From positions 1 through 57,701 of the IMG/VR virus record IMGVR_UViG_3300005805_000102: 57,701 bases of DNA. One strand, 5' to 3'. Positions 9,598 through 17,809 of this stretch are shown piece after piece. The first letter of the stretch is position 1. The number at the start of each line of letters is the position of its first letter. The translations under genes and the position numbers were made by a program. The stretch is from a virus (taxonomy: Duplodnaviria; Caudoviricetes). The notes under the pieces are model-generated. The model did no database searches. It saw only the letters and a list, made by a program, of their open reading frames with translations, and was not told where the DNA came from.

Positions 9598-9861
9598 ATG
9601 CCAAACACAGACAATCATGATGGTAGCCATTATCGAAGCCTCATAACTGAACTGCAACGAGCTAAGAAAGAAGGTTTTGTGTTTGAGCTTGAGTTTCTAG
9701 ATCATGACCTTAAAGTGAAGATGAGTGACGACACACCAGACAGCAAAATTTCTGAGGTTGCAGAACACATCAGCAAGAAGTACAGAGTTTTTGCAGAAGC
9801 CAAAATCTCATCAAAGATAATCATGATCTATGATGTGTATAGTCTAGACCCAAGGGTATGA
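9598..9861 (+). CDS. Paralog family A small protein
   Basis: LITELQRAKKEGFV..VKMSDDT..VAEHISKKY. Confidence 0.7.
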   Translation: MPNTDNHDGSHYRSLITELQRAKKEGFVFELEFLDHDLKVKMSDDTPDSKISEVAEHISKKYRVFAEAKISSKIIMIYDVYSLDPRV

Positions 9862-10088
9862 AATCGATAAATGACCTCAAAGATGCCCTCGCAGTTGCTT
9901 TCAACAAGAATTTGATAGCAAACTTTTACACACACAGTCACTTCATCGACATAGACTTTCTGGACAGAACAGAAGATCAAATGCTAAAAATCTATCAGCT
10001 CAAGAGTTACATACAAGCGAGCTATGACAACGTGCGCGACGTTGAATATCTTCCAGTGATTAACAGAATTCGTGTCTACATATGCTAG
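9858..10088 (+). CDS. Paralog family A small protein
   Basis: LKDALAVAFNKNLI..IDFLDRT..LKSYIQASY. Confidence 0.7.
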   Translation: MKSINDLKDALAVAFNKNLIANFYTHSHFIDIDFLDRTEDQMLKIYQLKSYIQASYDNVRDVEYLPVINRIRVYIC

Positions 10089-10324
10089 AAAAGACGATAG
10101 CACATCTTGAATATGAGATTTTGTGGGCGAAGGAAAACAAGCTCATCGAGGGATATGAAAGAATACCCTATCGTGAATACTTCATCGTAAAGCTGCTTGA
10201 TACAACAACCGATGAAGTCAAACAGAAACTTAAGCAGTACATTCGAGATACATATAAAGACGTACACTTTGTTACAACGGGCGCAAAACCCAACGACAAC
10301 TATCTATATGTCAAGTACACATAA
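10082..10324 (+). CDS. Paralog family A small protein
   Basis: LEYEILWAKENKLI..VKLLDTT..LKQYIRDTY. Confidence 0.7.
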   Translation: MLEKTIAHLEYEILWAKENKLIEGYERIPYREYFIVKLLDTTTDEVKQKLKQYIRDTYKDVHFVTTGAKPNDNYLYVKYT

Positions 10325-10553
10325 GAAGAGAATTTCAGAATTGCTCGAAGAGTTGAACAAAGCTGTTGAGCAGAACCTCATAGACTCCATAGATCACACG
10401 CCCGAATGGTACCAGATTCATGTAATATTTCCAGAAAGGCAGCCACAAGATACCAAAGACAAGCTAAAACAACACATTCTGCAAACGTATAGAGACATCG
10501 TTCGAGTAGAGACTTCTCAGGCATCGGCAATTCTCATCGAGTATGAAATCTAA
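10308..10553 (+). CDS. Paralog family A small protein (start moved to ATG 10308)
   Basis: LLEELNKAVEQNLI..VIFPERQ..LKQHILQTY. Confidence 0.7.
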   Translation: MSSTHKKRISELLEELNKAVEQNLIDSIDHTPEWYQIHVIFPERQPQDTKDKLKQHILQTYRDIVRVETSQASAILIEYEI

Positions 10554-10561
10554 ATAGAAGT

Positions 10562-10942
10562 ATGACAGAACTTACAGACAAAGAAAAGTTACAGCAGCTC
10601 GTCTATGGATTCGACCTTGACGGGCTCAAGATTGGGTGCCTATTACCAGAGTCTCTTCGTAGCCTAGTGCTCACAGAAGAGTTCTTGAAGGAGAACACAC
10701 CCTCACTCGAAGACAGGGCCGCCACAGTAGCGTACACCGCATGTTACTACTCGTATCTTAACACACATCCAGATGGCACAGAAGACGACTTCAGAAACAG
10801 AGCAGACCTTTCTGAGTTTGAGAAGGTTGCAGACAACATTCAAACAAAGCTCAAAGCAGAAGTAACACTACAAGAGCTTGTAGACTTTCACAACAAGAAT
10901 TTCAATACGACTCGTGTTCGCAGGGAAACACAGACGAAGTAA
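10562..10942 (+). CDS. Hypothetical protein, paralog of 17810-18193
   Basis: EKLxxLVxxFDL..P..R.A..A.T..Y..GT..F.N..TKxK..T shared with 17810; TAAATA at 10551-10556. Confidence 0.65.
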   Translation: MTELTDKEKLQQLVYGFDLDGLKIGCLLPESLRSLVLTEEFLKENTPSLEDRAATVAYTACYYSYLNTHPDGTEDDFRNRADLSEFEKVADNIQTKLKAEVTLQELVDFHNKNFNTTRVRRETQTK

Positions 10943-11214
10943 TGCTCTCGCAAAGAAAGCCCGTAAAACTTCTCGAAGAGCAGTGTAACAAGGCAAGAGA
11001 AAGCAATCTCATAGAAGAGTACATCTACAATCCATTCACTGCAAGACCCTACATGATGATTCGTTTCCACACAGGAACAGATCAGTGTAAAAAGGAACTT
11101 GTTGCTGCATACGTTAGAACAAATTTCGATGTAGACAGTGCAGAATTCATAGCAGAGAACAACGTGCTTTACATAGTATACGATTTTTGGAAGAGGTTTC
11201 CAGAGACATATTAG
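10942..11214 (+). CDS. Paralog family A small protein
   Basis: LEEQCNKARESNLI..IRFHTGT..VAAYVRTNF. Confidence 0.7.
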   Translation: MLSQRKPVKLLEEQCNKARESNLIEEYIYNPFTARPYMMIRFHTGTDQCKKELVAAYVRTNFDVDSAEFIAENNVLYIVYDFWKRFPETY

Positions 11215-11231
11215 TACCCTAAATAGTGATT

Positions 11232-12149
11232 ATGTTTCTGAAGTCCTTTCGTACATTTTTAGATGAACAGCTCATCGATGTTGACGCATCGGATGTTACT
11301 AAAATATACTCACCAATCAAAGATGCTATGAAAGAATTGACTGTTGTATGGAATCGTCATTACAAACGATTCATGTTGACCCAAGACGCCATCTTCTCTT
11401 CTGGTGCACCCTCGAACAAATCTGCCATAGCAAGAACAATCAGCCGAGAGCTGCAAGAAGTTATTCAGAAGTATCAGCCCATCATAAACAATCCAATAAG
11501 AACATTTCCGTCATCGTCTCTGAAGTCTGAAAACGCAAAAAAGGCTCACGCAGTAAATCCTATTGAAATTCATGTCTGGCTGGTGTCGCCGCCACGCCTC
11601 GGAGCCGGCAATTACTACTCACCGAGTCAAAAAGCGATACACATTTCTCTAGACTATAAGATTGCTGATGCCATGTTGAATCGACTAAGCACTATTCCAC
11701 TACATCAAATACCCATGCTTAGAAATGAAGTTAGTGAACTAAAACATAAAGCAACAATAAGACACGAACTTACTCATTGGATAGATGATTCTCTACACAA
11801 CTTTTACATCACAAAGAGCTTAAATAACATCGATGATCTGAAGCGAGAGAAAAAGACAAAGCAAGCAGAAATTGCATACAAAAAAGACTTGTCGCACAAT
11901 CAATCGGATGTATATATGGCACCGGTTGAAATTAACGCCATGGTCAATCAAATTGCAGAATACAAACGCAGAGTGGGCAACAAAAAGTATGACTCATTGT
12001 CTTGGAGTGAGCTGATGATAGAATTGCCTAGCTTGGGTTCAATAAACGCTAAACTTGGATCTAAATGGCGCAAAAAGATGTTTGAGCGATTGTCCAGAGA
12101 AAAATTGATAGGCAAAAACTTTCAGTCTAAACTTGATACGGTGTTTTAA
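11232..12149 (+). CDS. Putative internal virion protein with an HExxH zincin-like motif
   Basis: Leader MFLKSFRTFLDE; IRHELTHWID followed by Y...P.EINA; late-promoter core TAAATA at 11220-11225. Confidence 0.6.
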   Translation: MFLKSFRTFLDEQLIDVDASDVTKIYSPIKDAMKELTVVWNRHYKRFMLTQDAIFSSGAPSNKSAIARTISRELQEVIQKYQPIINNPIRTFPSSSLKSENAKKAHAVNPIEIHVWLVSPPRLGAGNYYSPSQKAIHISLDYKIADAMLNRLSTIPLHQIPMLRNEVSELKHKATIRHELTHWIDDSLHNFYITKSLNNIDDLKREKKTKQAEIAYKKDLSHNQSDVYMAPVEINAMVNQIAEYKRRVGNKKYDSLSWSELMIELPSLGSINAKLGSKWRKKMFERLSREKLIGKNFQSKLDTVF

Positions 12150-12151
12150 TT

Positions 12152-12445
12152 ATGCTAACGTTTCTTGAATTTCTAGAATTGATCTCTCTCGAAGAGCGAG
12201 CAAAGTGGAACAAGTCCACTGGTCGTGACTACTCAAAAGAGAAAGAGTATCAGTCTTCTCCTGAGCGCAAGAAGTATCGTGCAGAACTCAACAAGTACAA
12301 TCGAGAGAAAGGCACTTACGGCAACGGCGACGGAAAAGACGCATCGCACAAAAACGGAAAGATTGTAGGTTTTGAAGCAGAGTCTAAGAATCGAGGCCGT
12401 GCAGAAAAATCTCGTCTCAAGGGCAGCAAACGAAAGAAGAAGTAA
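12152..12445 (+). CDS. Basic HNH-like DNA-binding protein with a putative capsid-targeting leader
   Basis: MLTFLEFLELISLEE leader; RDY.KE, GDGKDASH..NR motif of short phage HNH-like proteins. Confidence 0.55.
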   Translation: MLTFLEFLELISLEERAKWNKSTGRDYSKEKEYQSSPERKKYRAELNKYNREKGTYGNGDGKDASHKNGKIVGFEAESKNRGRAEKSRLKGSKRKKK

Positions 12446-12459
12446 CACAGGCAGTTTCA

Positions 12460-13665
12460 ATGAAGTTGTCTAGTCGAGCACAAAAAACAGCGGCATCTCC
12501 ACTCAGAAGCCTTGTTGGTCCCAAAGACAAATCAGTCCACATACACAAGCTGAATATCGGACAGCCAGATTTAGCTGCACCAAAAGAATTCTTCGATGGT
12601 CTAAAGAGCTTTTCAGACACACTTGTTGCGTATGACGAAGCTGTGGGAAACAAACGACTCATATCTGCATGGGTGAGTTTGCTGAAACGACAGTATGGCA
12701 TAGAACTTTCAACTCAAGATCTGCTGATTACCTGCGGTTCGAGCGAGGCTCTGACCTTCGTGTTCAGTATTTGTTGTGATGCGAACGATGAAGTTGTCGT
12801 GTTCAATCCTTCATATGCGAACTATTCGGGTTTCGCTGCCGTGGCTGGTGTCACTCTTGTTCCAGTAACTACTAGCTTCGAGACGGGGTTTCATATACCC
12901 ACATCTAAAGATGATATCTTGTCTCATGTAACAGAGAAGACACGAGCAATATTGCTGTGCAATCCAAACAATCCTACTGGCACTCTGTTCACACACGAAG
13001 AACTCAAGACGATTCTTGACATATGCGAAGAGAGAGATCTGTTTTTAATTGTCGATGAAGTGTATCGTGAATTCGTGTATGACAATCAGAAGCCTTCAAC
13101 CACGCTGTCTTTGTTTCCTAAAAACGAGAGACTGATTGTGCTCGATAGTCTATCAAAACGCTATAGCTTGTGTGGCACACGAATCGGCTGCTTGATCACA
13201 TATAACAAAGATGTGATGAAAGCTGCAAAGAATTTTGCCTCGACGAGGGTAAGCGCACCGTCGATTGAACAGCAAGCTGCTGCACATATGCTAGAAACTC
13301 TATCAGATGAGTATTTGGACGATGCGATCAAAGAGTATGAGTCAAGAAGAGACTTGCTTGTGTCCGAGCTGAATAAAGTCGAAGGTGTTGAATTAAACAA
13401 TCCTCAAGGTGGATTTTACGTTCTTGCAAAACTGCCTGTAGATGATGCAGCAGACTTTGCCCAATTCATGCTCAGGGACTTCAGTGTAAATGATGAGACT
13501 GTGTTTGTTTCTCCTGCCGCAGGGTTCTTCATCAACTCTCAGCCAGTAACAAACTACGTTCGGGTCGCTTTTGTACTCTCTCGTGATGACATCAAGAGAG
13601 CTGTAGTGATTCTCGATAGAGCACTGACTACATACACAATCATGAAAGCTGCAAAACGCAGTTGA
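12460..13665 (+). CDS. Class I/II PLP-dependent aminotransferase (aspartate aminotransferase family)
   Basis: LNIGQPD, ITCGSSEAL, PSYANY, CNPNNPTG, DEVYREF, DSLSKRYSLCGTRIG (PLP Lys), PQGGFY, VRVAFV. Confidence 0.9.
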   Translation: MKLSSRAQKTAASPLRSLVGPKDKSVHIHKLNIGQPDLAAPKEFFDGLKSFSDTLVAYDEAVGNKRLISAWVSLLKRQYGIELSTQDLLITCGSSEALTFVFSICCDANDEVVVFNPSYANYSGFAAVAGVTLVPVTTSFETGFHIPTSKDDILSHVTEKTRAILLCNPNNPTGTLFTHEELKTILDICEERDLFLIVDEVYREFVYDNQKPSTTLSLFPKNERLIVLDSLSKRYSLCGTRIGCLITYNKDVMKAAKNFASTRVSAPSIEQQAAAHMLETLSDEYLDDAIKEYESRRDLLVSELNKVEGVELNNPQGGFYVLAKLPVDDAADFAQFMLRDFSVNDETVFVSPAAGFFINSQPVTNYVRVAFVLSRDDIKRAVVILDRALTTYTIMKAAKRS

Positions 13666-13713
13666 CGATACAACGCTCGTGTCATATGATGCGGCCTCTT
13701 CTGAGGAGACTGC

Positions 13714-13956
13714 ATGAGCACACACAAAGTAGACAAGCACTCAGCTATACAGTTTGCACTTCTATTGAACGCTGACGGAGAAACCAGAACATATCTCGTG
13801 AGTGTCATTCAAGGTGCATATCAAGACAAATTATGGCTGAGCATGGATGATCTATGCAACAGACTACGAGAACTCTCTAAAGACCATCATCCCGAAAAGA
13901 TTTTGGATGTGCTGCACTATAGCTTGTGCTTAAGACTGTCAGAGCCTGTGGAATAG
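13714..13956 (+). CDS. Hypothetical protein
   Basis: GAGGAG RBS; open frame. Confidence 0.55.
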   Translation: MSTHKVDKHSAIQFALLLNADGETRTYLVSVIQGAYQDKLWLSMDDLCNRLRELSKDHHPEKILDVLHYSLCLRLSEPVE

Positions 13957-13984
13957 TCACTTTCCAAGCTCTCCAAATTCTTTC

Positions 13985-14014
13985 TAGACGAAGCAGACTC
14001 AAGTGTGCTATAGT
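13985..14014 (+). promoter_or_regulatory. sigma70-type promoter; probable leaderless transcript
   Basis: TAGACG-N18-TATAGT with extended TG; ATG 7 nt downstream. Confidence 0.55.
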
Positions 14015-14020
14015 AGCACT

Positions 14021-14350
14021 ATGAGTTTTCAGAGCGTACAAAAAGAGATACAAGCTGCCGAACGGCGCGGCTTTCTCACCATTGTAAAGGGAGACACACA
14101 AGGTGCAAAATCACTCACCGCAGTGTTTCCACAAGACGTTACACCAAAAGCAGTAGAAGAGATCAGAGAGAGAATACTAAAGCTAGAGCCAAACTCGATT
14201 GTTCGTGTGAGTGTTTTTGAGCCTAGCGTAACACTCATGATCAGAGTCTCGATGAGAACCAAGAAATCTCGAAGTAGACTGAAGAAAGCTCGATCTGTTT
14301 TTATGTCGTTCTGTAGGTTTGTTCACAAGGTGATAGATCCAGATGCTTGA
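14021..14350 (+). CDS. Paralog family A small protein with a basic tail
   Basis: VQKEIQAAERRGFL..AVFPQDV..IRERI. Confidence 0.6.
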   Translation: MSFQSVQKEIQAAERRGFLTIVKGDTQGAKSLTAVFPQDVTPKAVEEIRERILKLEPNSIVRVSVFEPSVTLMIRVSMRTKKSRSRLKKARSVFMSFCRFVHKVIDPDA

Positions 14351-14618
14351 CTACAACATTAGCACAGAGATGCTACAAACAATCGGGGCTGTTCTACTCT
14401 TGCTGATTCTCTCAAAGAGAATACTGCAACTCTCTATGGCGATTCTTTCTGCTGTGTCGTCTTTGGTTTTAGCTCTTTTTGGTGTTTGCTTGAGTGTTGT
14501 TCTGCTTGTTGTTGCTCTACTTCCAATAACATTTTTGGTTTGTAACACTACAGACGTTTGCAAAACCACAAAGTTGGCTGCTGAGTCTAGACATTCGAGG
14601 CACATCGAGAAATACTAA
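14343..14618 (+). CDS. Membrane protein
   Basis: Long hydrophobic stretch (2 TM). Confidence 0.55.
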   Translation: MLDYNISTEMLQTIGAVLLLLILSKRILQLSMAILSAVSSLVLALFGVCLSVVLLVVALLPITFLVCNTTDVCKTTKLAAESRHSRHIEKY

Positions 14619-14621
14619 ATA
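14616..14621 (+). promoter_or_regulatory. T4-type late promoter core heading the leader-cassette operon
   Basis: ACTAAATA, then an AAGGAG RBS and ATG at 14661. Confidence 0.6.
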
Positions 14622-14660
14622 TCATTCGACCAATTGGCGCACATTATCATAAGGAGAATT

Positions 14661-14978
14661 ATGCCGCGCATCACTCGATCATTGATTCAAGAAGCAACAA
14701 ACACACTCTCTGGCAAGAAATATGCTGTGACTGAAGACCTTGCTGACATGAGCGCAGCCGACAGAGGCTGGTACAAGCAGGTACTAAAAAACACACAAAA
14801 ATACTTCGACAAAGCACTCGACGCCCTCGCCTCTGCTGAGTCTGAGCTTGAAGACTACGAAGACATCGACAGTCTAGACTCAACCGAAAAGAAAATTTGT
14901 AAGACCGCTCTAAAAGAGCTGCAAGATATTCAAAAGAAACTCGACGATACTGCCCGCAAATTGGGAACAGATTTCTAA
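14661..14978 (+). CDS. Putative internal head protein, first gene of the cassette operon
   Basis: MPRITRSLIQE leader ending in I-X-E; acidic helical body. Confidence 0.55.
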   Translation: MPRITRSLIQEATNTLSGKKYAVTEDLADMSAADRGWYKQVLKNTQKYFDKALDALASAESELEDYEDIDSLDSTEKKICKTALKELQDIQKKLDDTARKLGTDF

Positions 14979-14988
14979 AAATCACCAC

Positions 14989-15303
14989 ATGGACATCAAC
15001 CTTTTCCGCAAATCACTCGCCAGTAAGCAGAAGAAGCTATTTGAGGCTCCACAGTTCGACGGTAAGGTAACTGCTGTTGTGTGGCACGGCCGCACCTCCG
15101 GAGATGCAACTCTAGAAATCCATCAAAAGCACGATAAGGGCCAGCACGGAGTAGATCAAGCTGCGTTTGCGCTGCTCAAAAAGCACTTAGGTTCAAAGCT
15201 CAAAGCACTCACAAAGCTAAAGATAGATCCATCGCCAATCCGCACGTCAACGGGAAATTATTGGCTAGTAACTGTTGAATTTAAGACAGAAGATGCGTTC
15301 TAA
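14989..15303 (+). CDS. MDINLFRKSLASKQ-leader protein 1 (putative packaged internal protein)
   Basis: Shared leader + KKLFE, then a unique payload. Confidence 0.75.
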   Translation: MDINLFRKSLASKQKKLFEAPQFDGKVTAVVWHGRTSGDATLEIHQKHDKGQHGVDQAAFALLKKHLGSKLKALTKLKIDPSPIRTSTGNYWLVTVEFKTEDAF

Positions 15304-15617
15304 TGGACATCAACCTCTTTCGTAAATCACTAGCAAGCAAGCAGAAGTTAGCCATCACTGAGGCAAAGCTCAAGATGTCTCCTGAGCTATATGCCGAACT
15401 GAAGAAAAGAATATCTGCACTCAAAGACAAGATTCCAGAACATGTCGAGGCGATTCGTAAGAGTGGCAAATTTAAGGATCTTGGTAAGCGAATCAGGTTT
15501 GATGTTTTTTACGCAACAAAAATGCATAAAGACCACGACTTAGGCGGTCTGAATGACGATCATATTGACTCTGCCCTAAAACAGGCGTTCAAAGAATTAA
15601 ACATCAAAGATAGTTAG
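15303..15617 (+). CDS. MDINLFRKSLASKQ-leader protein 2
   Basis: Leader + KLAITE; helical payload ending LNDDHIDSALK; TAATG-coupled. Confidence 0.75.
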   Translation: MDINLFRKSLASKQKLAITEAKLKMSPELYAELKKRISALKDKIPEHVEAIRKSGKFKDLGKRIRFDVFYATKMHKDHDLGGLNDDHIDSALKQAFKELNIKDS

Positions 15618-15618
15618 T

Positions 15619-15963
15619 ATGGACATCAACCTCTTTCGTAAATCACTAGCAAGCAAACAGGGGCTTCTAAAAGAGGGTGTCGCACGAAAAGAACACGCAG
15701 GGGGAGACTGGCACCTACTCAAAACACATGGCAACTCAAAGATGGTGTTTGCATCAAATGAGTGGGTAGGAACGATTGACTTCGTTTCTGGCTCAAACGT
15801 TGTTCCTGGTGCACAGTCGCAGTACGTTGCAAAGATTAACGGCCAGTACAGAGACAGCAGACTAAAGATAAGCAGACCCGTGGAGAGAACCGTCGGCTCA
15901 TTCAAGAGCGAAGAAGCCGCAGTAGCAGCACTCAAGCAAGCAATCGAAAATCTCAGAAAATGA
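15619..15963 (+). CDS. MDINLFRKSLASKQ-leader protein 3
   Basis: Leader + GLLKE; beta-rich payload ending VGSFKSEEAAVAAL. Confidence 0.75.
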   Translation: MDINLFRKSLASKQGLLKEGVARKEHAGGDWHLLKTHGNSKMVFASNEWVGTIDFVSGSNVVPGAQSQYVAKINGQYRDSRLKISRPVERTVGSFKSEEAAVAALKQAIENLRK

Positions 15964-16023
15964 CAACATACATACATGAGCAGAATCAAACGAGTACAGA
16001 AGAACAGCAGAAATAATCAACGT

Positions 16024-16374
16024 ATGGACATCAACCTCTTTCGTAAATCTCTAGCAAGCAAGCAGGGTAAACTCACATCCATTAACGAGAGTGATAAGAA
16101 GCTCGAAGAGAGTGTGATTGGCTCGAATCTCGCACATCAGATACTTTCGCTCCGTAGTTCGGGTGATATCAAAAAGATGGCAAACACAGTTGCAGAAGTA
16201 CAGATTGCAGTGCAAGAGAAAGCAGACTCAGAGAAGCATCTTGTGAACAAGTACAAGAAGCTGTTGTACAATCTGCAAGAGCTACTTGATATGCTCGATG
16301 GTGGTCGTATTGATCCTTCAGAGATCGAGATTTTACAGAGCGCAATAGTTGTAGACCTCAAGAGGCTCATGTAG
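16024..16374 (+). CDS. MDINLFRKSLASKQ-leader protein 4 (in-frame upstream ATG at 15976 also possible)
   Basis: Leader + GKLTSINE..KKLEE; helical payload. Confidence 0.75.
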   Translation: MDINLFRKSLASKQGKLTSINESDKKLEESVIGSNLAHQILSLRSSGDIKKMANTVAEVQIAVQEKADSEKHLVNKYKKLLYNLQELLDMLDGGRIDPSEIEILQSAIVVDLKRLM

Positions 16375-16375
16375 T

Positions 16376-16729
16376 ATGGACATCAACCTTTTCCGCAAAT
16401 CACTCGCCAGTAAGCAGAAGCTCCTAGATGAAGCTCGCACACAAGATCCAACGGACAAAGAAGATGCCAGAAACGACAAAGAGATTGCTGGATATGCAGC
16501 AAACGTGAAGAGGAAGATTCCAAACGTACTCGCAGTTTTCAAAGACTTTGTAGACGAGTGGGAAAGAATGGTGCGAGTCGATGGTAGTGCTCGTACTCAA
16601 GATCTTGGTGCAAAGAACTATCCCTTCAAGAAAGAAGATGTAGAAGATGCACACGCACAGTTCGATCAATGGCTATCAAAGTTCTGGGGCGATCTTGATG
16701 CACTCATCAAAGACATTAAGAGCAAGTAG
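16376..16729 (+). CDS. MDINLFRKSLASKQ-leader protein 5
   Basis: Leader + KLLDE; unique payload. Confidence 0.75.
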   Translation: MDINLFRKSLASKQKLLDEARTQDPTDKEDARNDKEIAGYAANVKRKIPNVLAVFKDFVDEWERMVRVDGSARTQDLGAKNYPFKKEDVEDAHAQFDQWLSKFWGDLDALIKDIKSK

Positions 16730-16797
16730 CACACTTCTGAAATTTCAATCAATTCCAAAAAGCCCAAATTAGCATAATTCCACACGAATTAACGCTA

Positions 16798-16827
16798 TTG
16801 ACACACAGCACGAATCCATGCTATGCT
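16798..16827 (+). promoter_or_regulatory. sigma70-type promoter
   Basis: TTGACA-N18-TATGCT with extended TG; TTCCAC just upstream. Confidence 0.55.
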
Positions 16828-16834
16828 GATGTCT

Positions 16835-17107
16835 ATGATACAGAACATTATAGACCAGCTCTCACTCGCCAAAAACATGAACTTGATTCACAGCGCCGCG
16901 GTGCGTACAGAATCGATGCCGGGTGGATCACGAATCGACCTTTCCATAATCATATCAGACTCTACATCAGAGACAGTGATGATGCGACTGCACGACTACT
17001 TCAAAGCGAAGTTTCCAAGAGCAGTCATCTACACGAACGGCCGCGTGTTTGCACTCACACTACACGACCAGATAACACACAATGCACCACAGAGCGTGAA
17101 CATCTAA
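16835..17107 (+). CDS. Paralog family A small protein
   Basis: IIDQLSLAKNMNLI..IIISDSTSE..LHDYFKAKF. Confidence 0.7.
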   Translation: MIQNIIDQLSLAKNMNLIHSAAVRTESMPGGSRIDLSIIISDSTSETVMMRLHDYFKAKFPRAVIYTNGRVFALTLHDQITHNAPQSVNI

Positions 17108-17415
17108 TGACACTCGACACAATCATAGAGCAGCTACGAACAGCGAAAGCCAGGAACCTCATACTGCGAGCAACCGTATCGGTAGCGATGTTGCCCGCAT
17201 CAGTAGTCATACAGCTTCCACACACGACATCAGAAGAAACGCTCGACAAGCTCAAAGAGTTCTTTAGAGCCACATTTCCACACACAACAATACAACAATG
17301 GCGCCATCAACATTCACAAGACCAATACAACACAATATGCATGTCATTCACAGTAGACTATACGCACCTTAAGCATGGGGCCGCCTGGTACGGTCCAACT
17401 CCACTATCGATATAG
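17107..17415 (+). CDS. Paralog family A small protein (start moved to ATG 17107)
   Basis: IIEQLRTAKARNLI..IQLPHTTSE..LKEFFRATFP; closest to the 16835 protein; TAATG-coupled. Confidence 0.7.
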   Translation: MTLDTIIEQLRTAKARNLILRATVSVAMLPASVVIQLPHTTSEETLDKLKEFFRATFPHTTIQQWRHQHSQDQYNTICMSFTVDYTHLKHGAAWYGPTPLSI

Positions 17416-17418
17416 TAC

Positions 17419-17667
17419 ATGAGCCACATCTCAGCCCTCTTCCACGAATTGCAGAGAGCACAAGTTGCCAACCTCATACGAAGCCACCAGTACACATCAC
17501 ATGAGATACGCATCGAGTTCCACACAGATACACGACACACACAGAAGCAAGATATCAGAGCGTACTTGACAAAGCAGTACCGCGTTAGCACAGACCTAAC
17601 AGACAACTACAACACACTACGAGTATGGGGCTTCACTCTTGGATCTTACAGTCCGAGCGTAAAATGA
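17419..17667 (+). CDS. Paralog family A small protein
   Basis: LFHELQRAQVANLI..IEFHTDT..IRAYLTKQY. Confidence 0.7.
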   Translation: MSHISALFHELQRAQVANLIRSHQYTSHEIRIEFHTDTRHTQKQDIRAYLTKQYRVSTDLTDNYNTLRVWGFTLGSYSPSVK

Positions 17668-17809
17668 GACTTTAGCCTTTCAGAACCACAAGTTACGATA
17701 CGAGCATCAAATAATAGGCATACATAGTAGAACAGAGGTTGAGGAAGACTTCTGGAACCAGCATACTTTAGAAAAGTCGTAAAAAAGTGGAATCCGCAGG
17801 TGACTTAAC

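Larger units (their letters stand above)
14989..16417 (+). repeat. Dispersed 42-nt coding repeat at 14989, 15303, 15619, 16024 and 16376 (sixth copy at 27847)
   Basis: ATGGACATCAACCT(T/C)TT(C/T)CG(C/T)AA(A/G)TC(A/T)CT(C/A)GC(C/A)AG(T/C)AA(G/A)CA(G/A); all differences are synonymous. Confidence 0.95.

Noticed and set aside
14989-16417. 42-nt repeats as a CRISPR array
   Set aside because: Spacing is ~315-405 nt, each repeat starts an ORF, variation is only synonymous, and no cas genes are present
15281-16542. Minus-strand ORFs sharing LLASDLRKRLMS
   Set aside because: They are antisense shadows of the leader repeat and lack RBS or promoter support
16798-17106. N-terminal half of the 205-aa ORF
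   Set aside because: Its TTG start is the -35 box and it overlaps the 16835 gene; the real start is probably the coupled ATG at 17107
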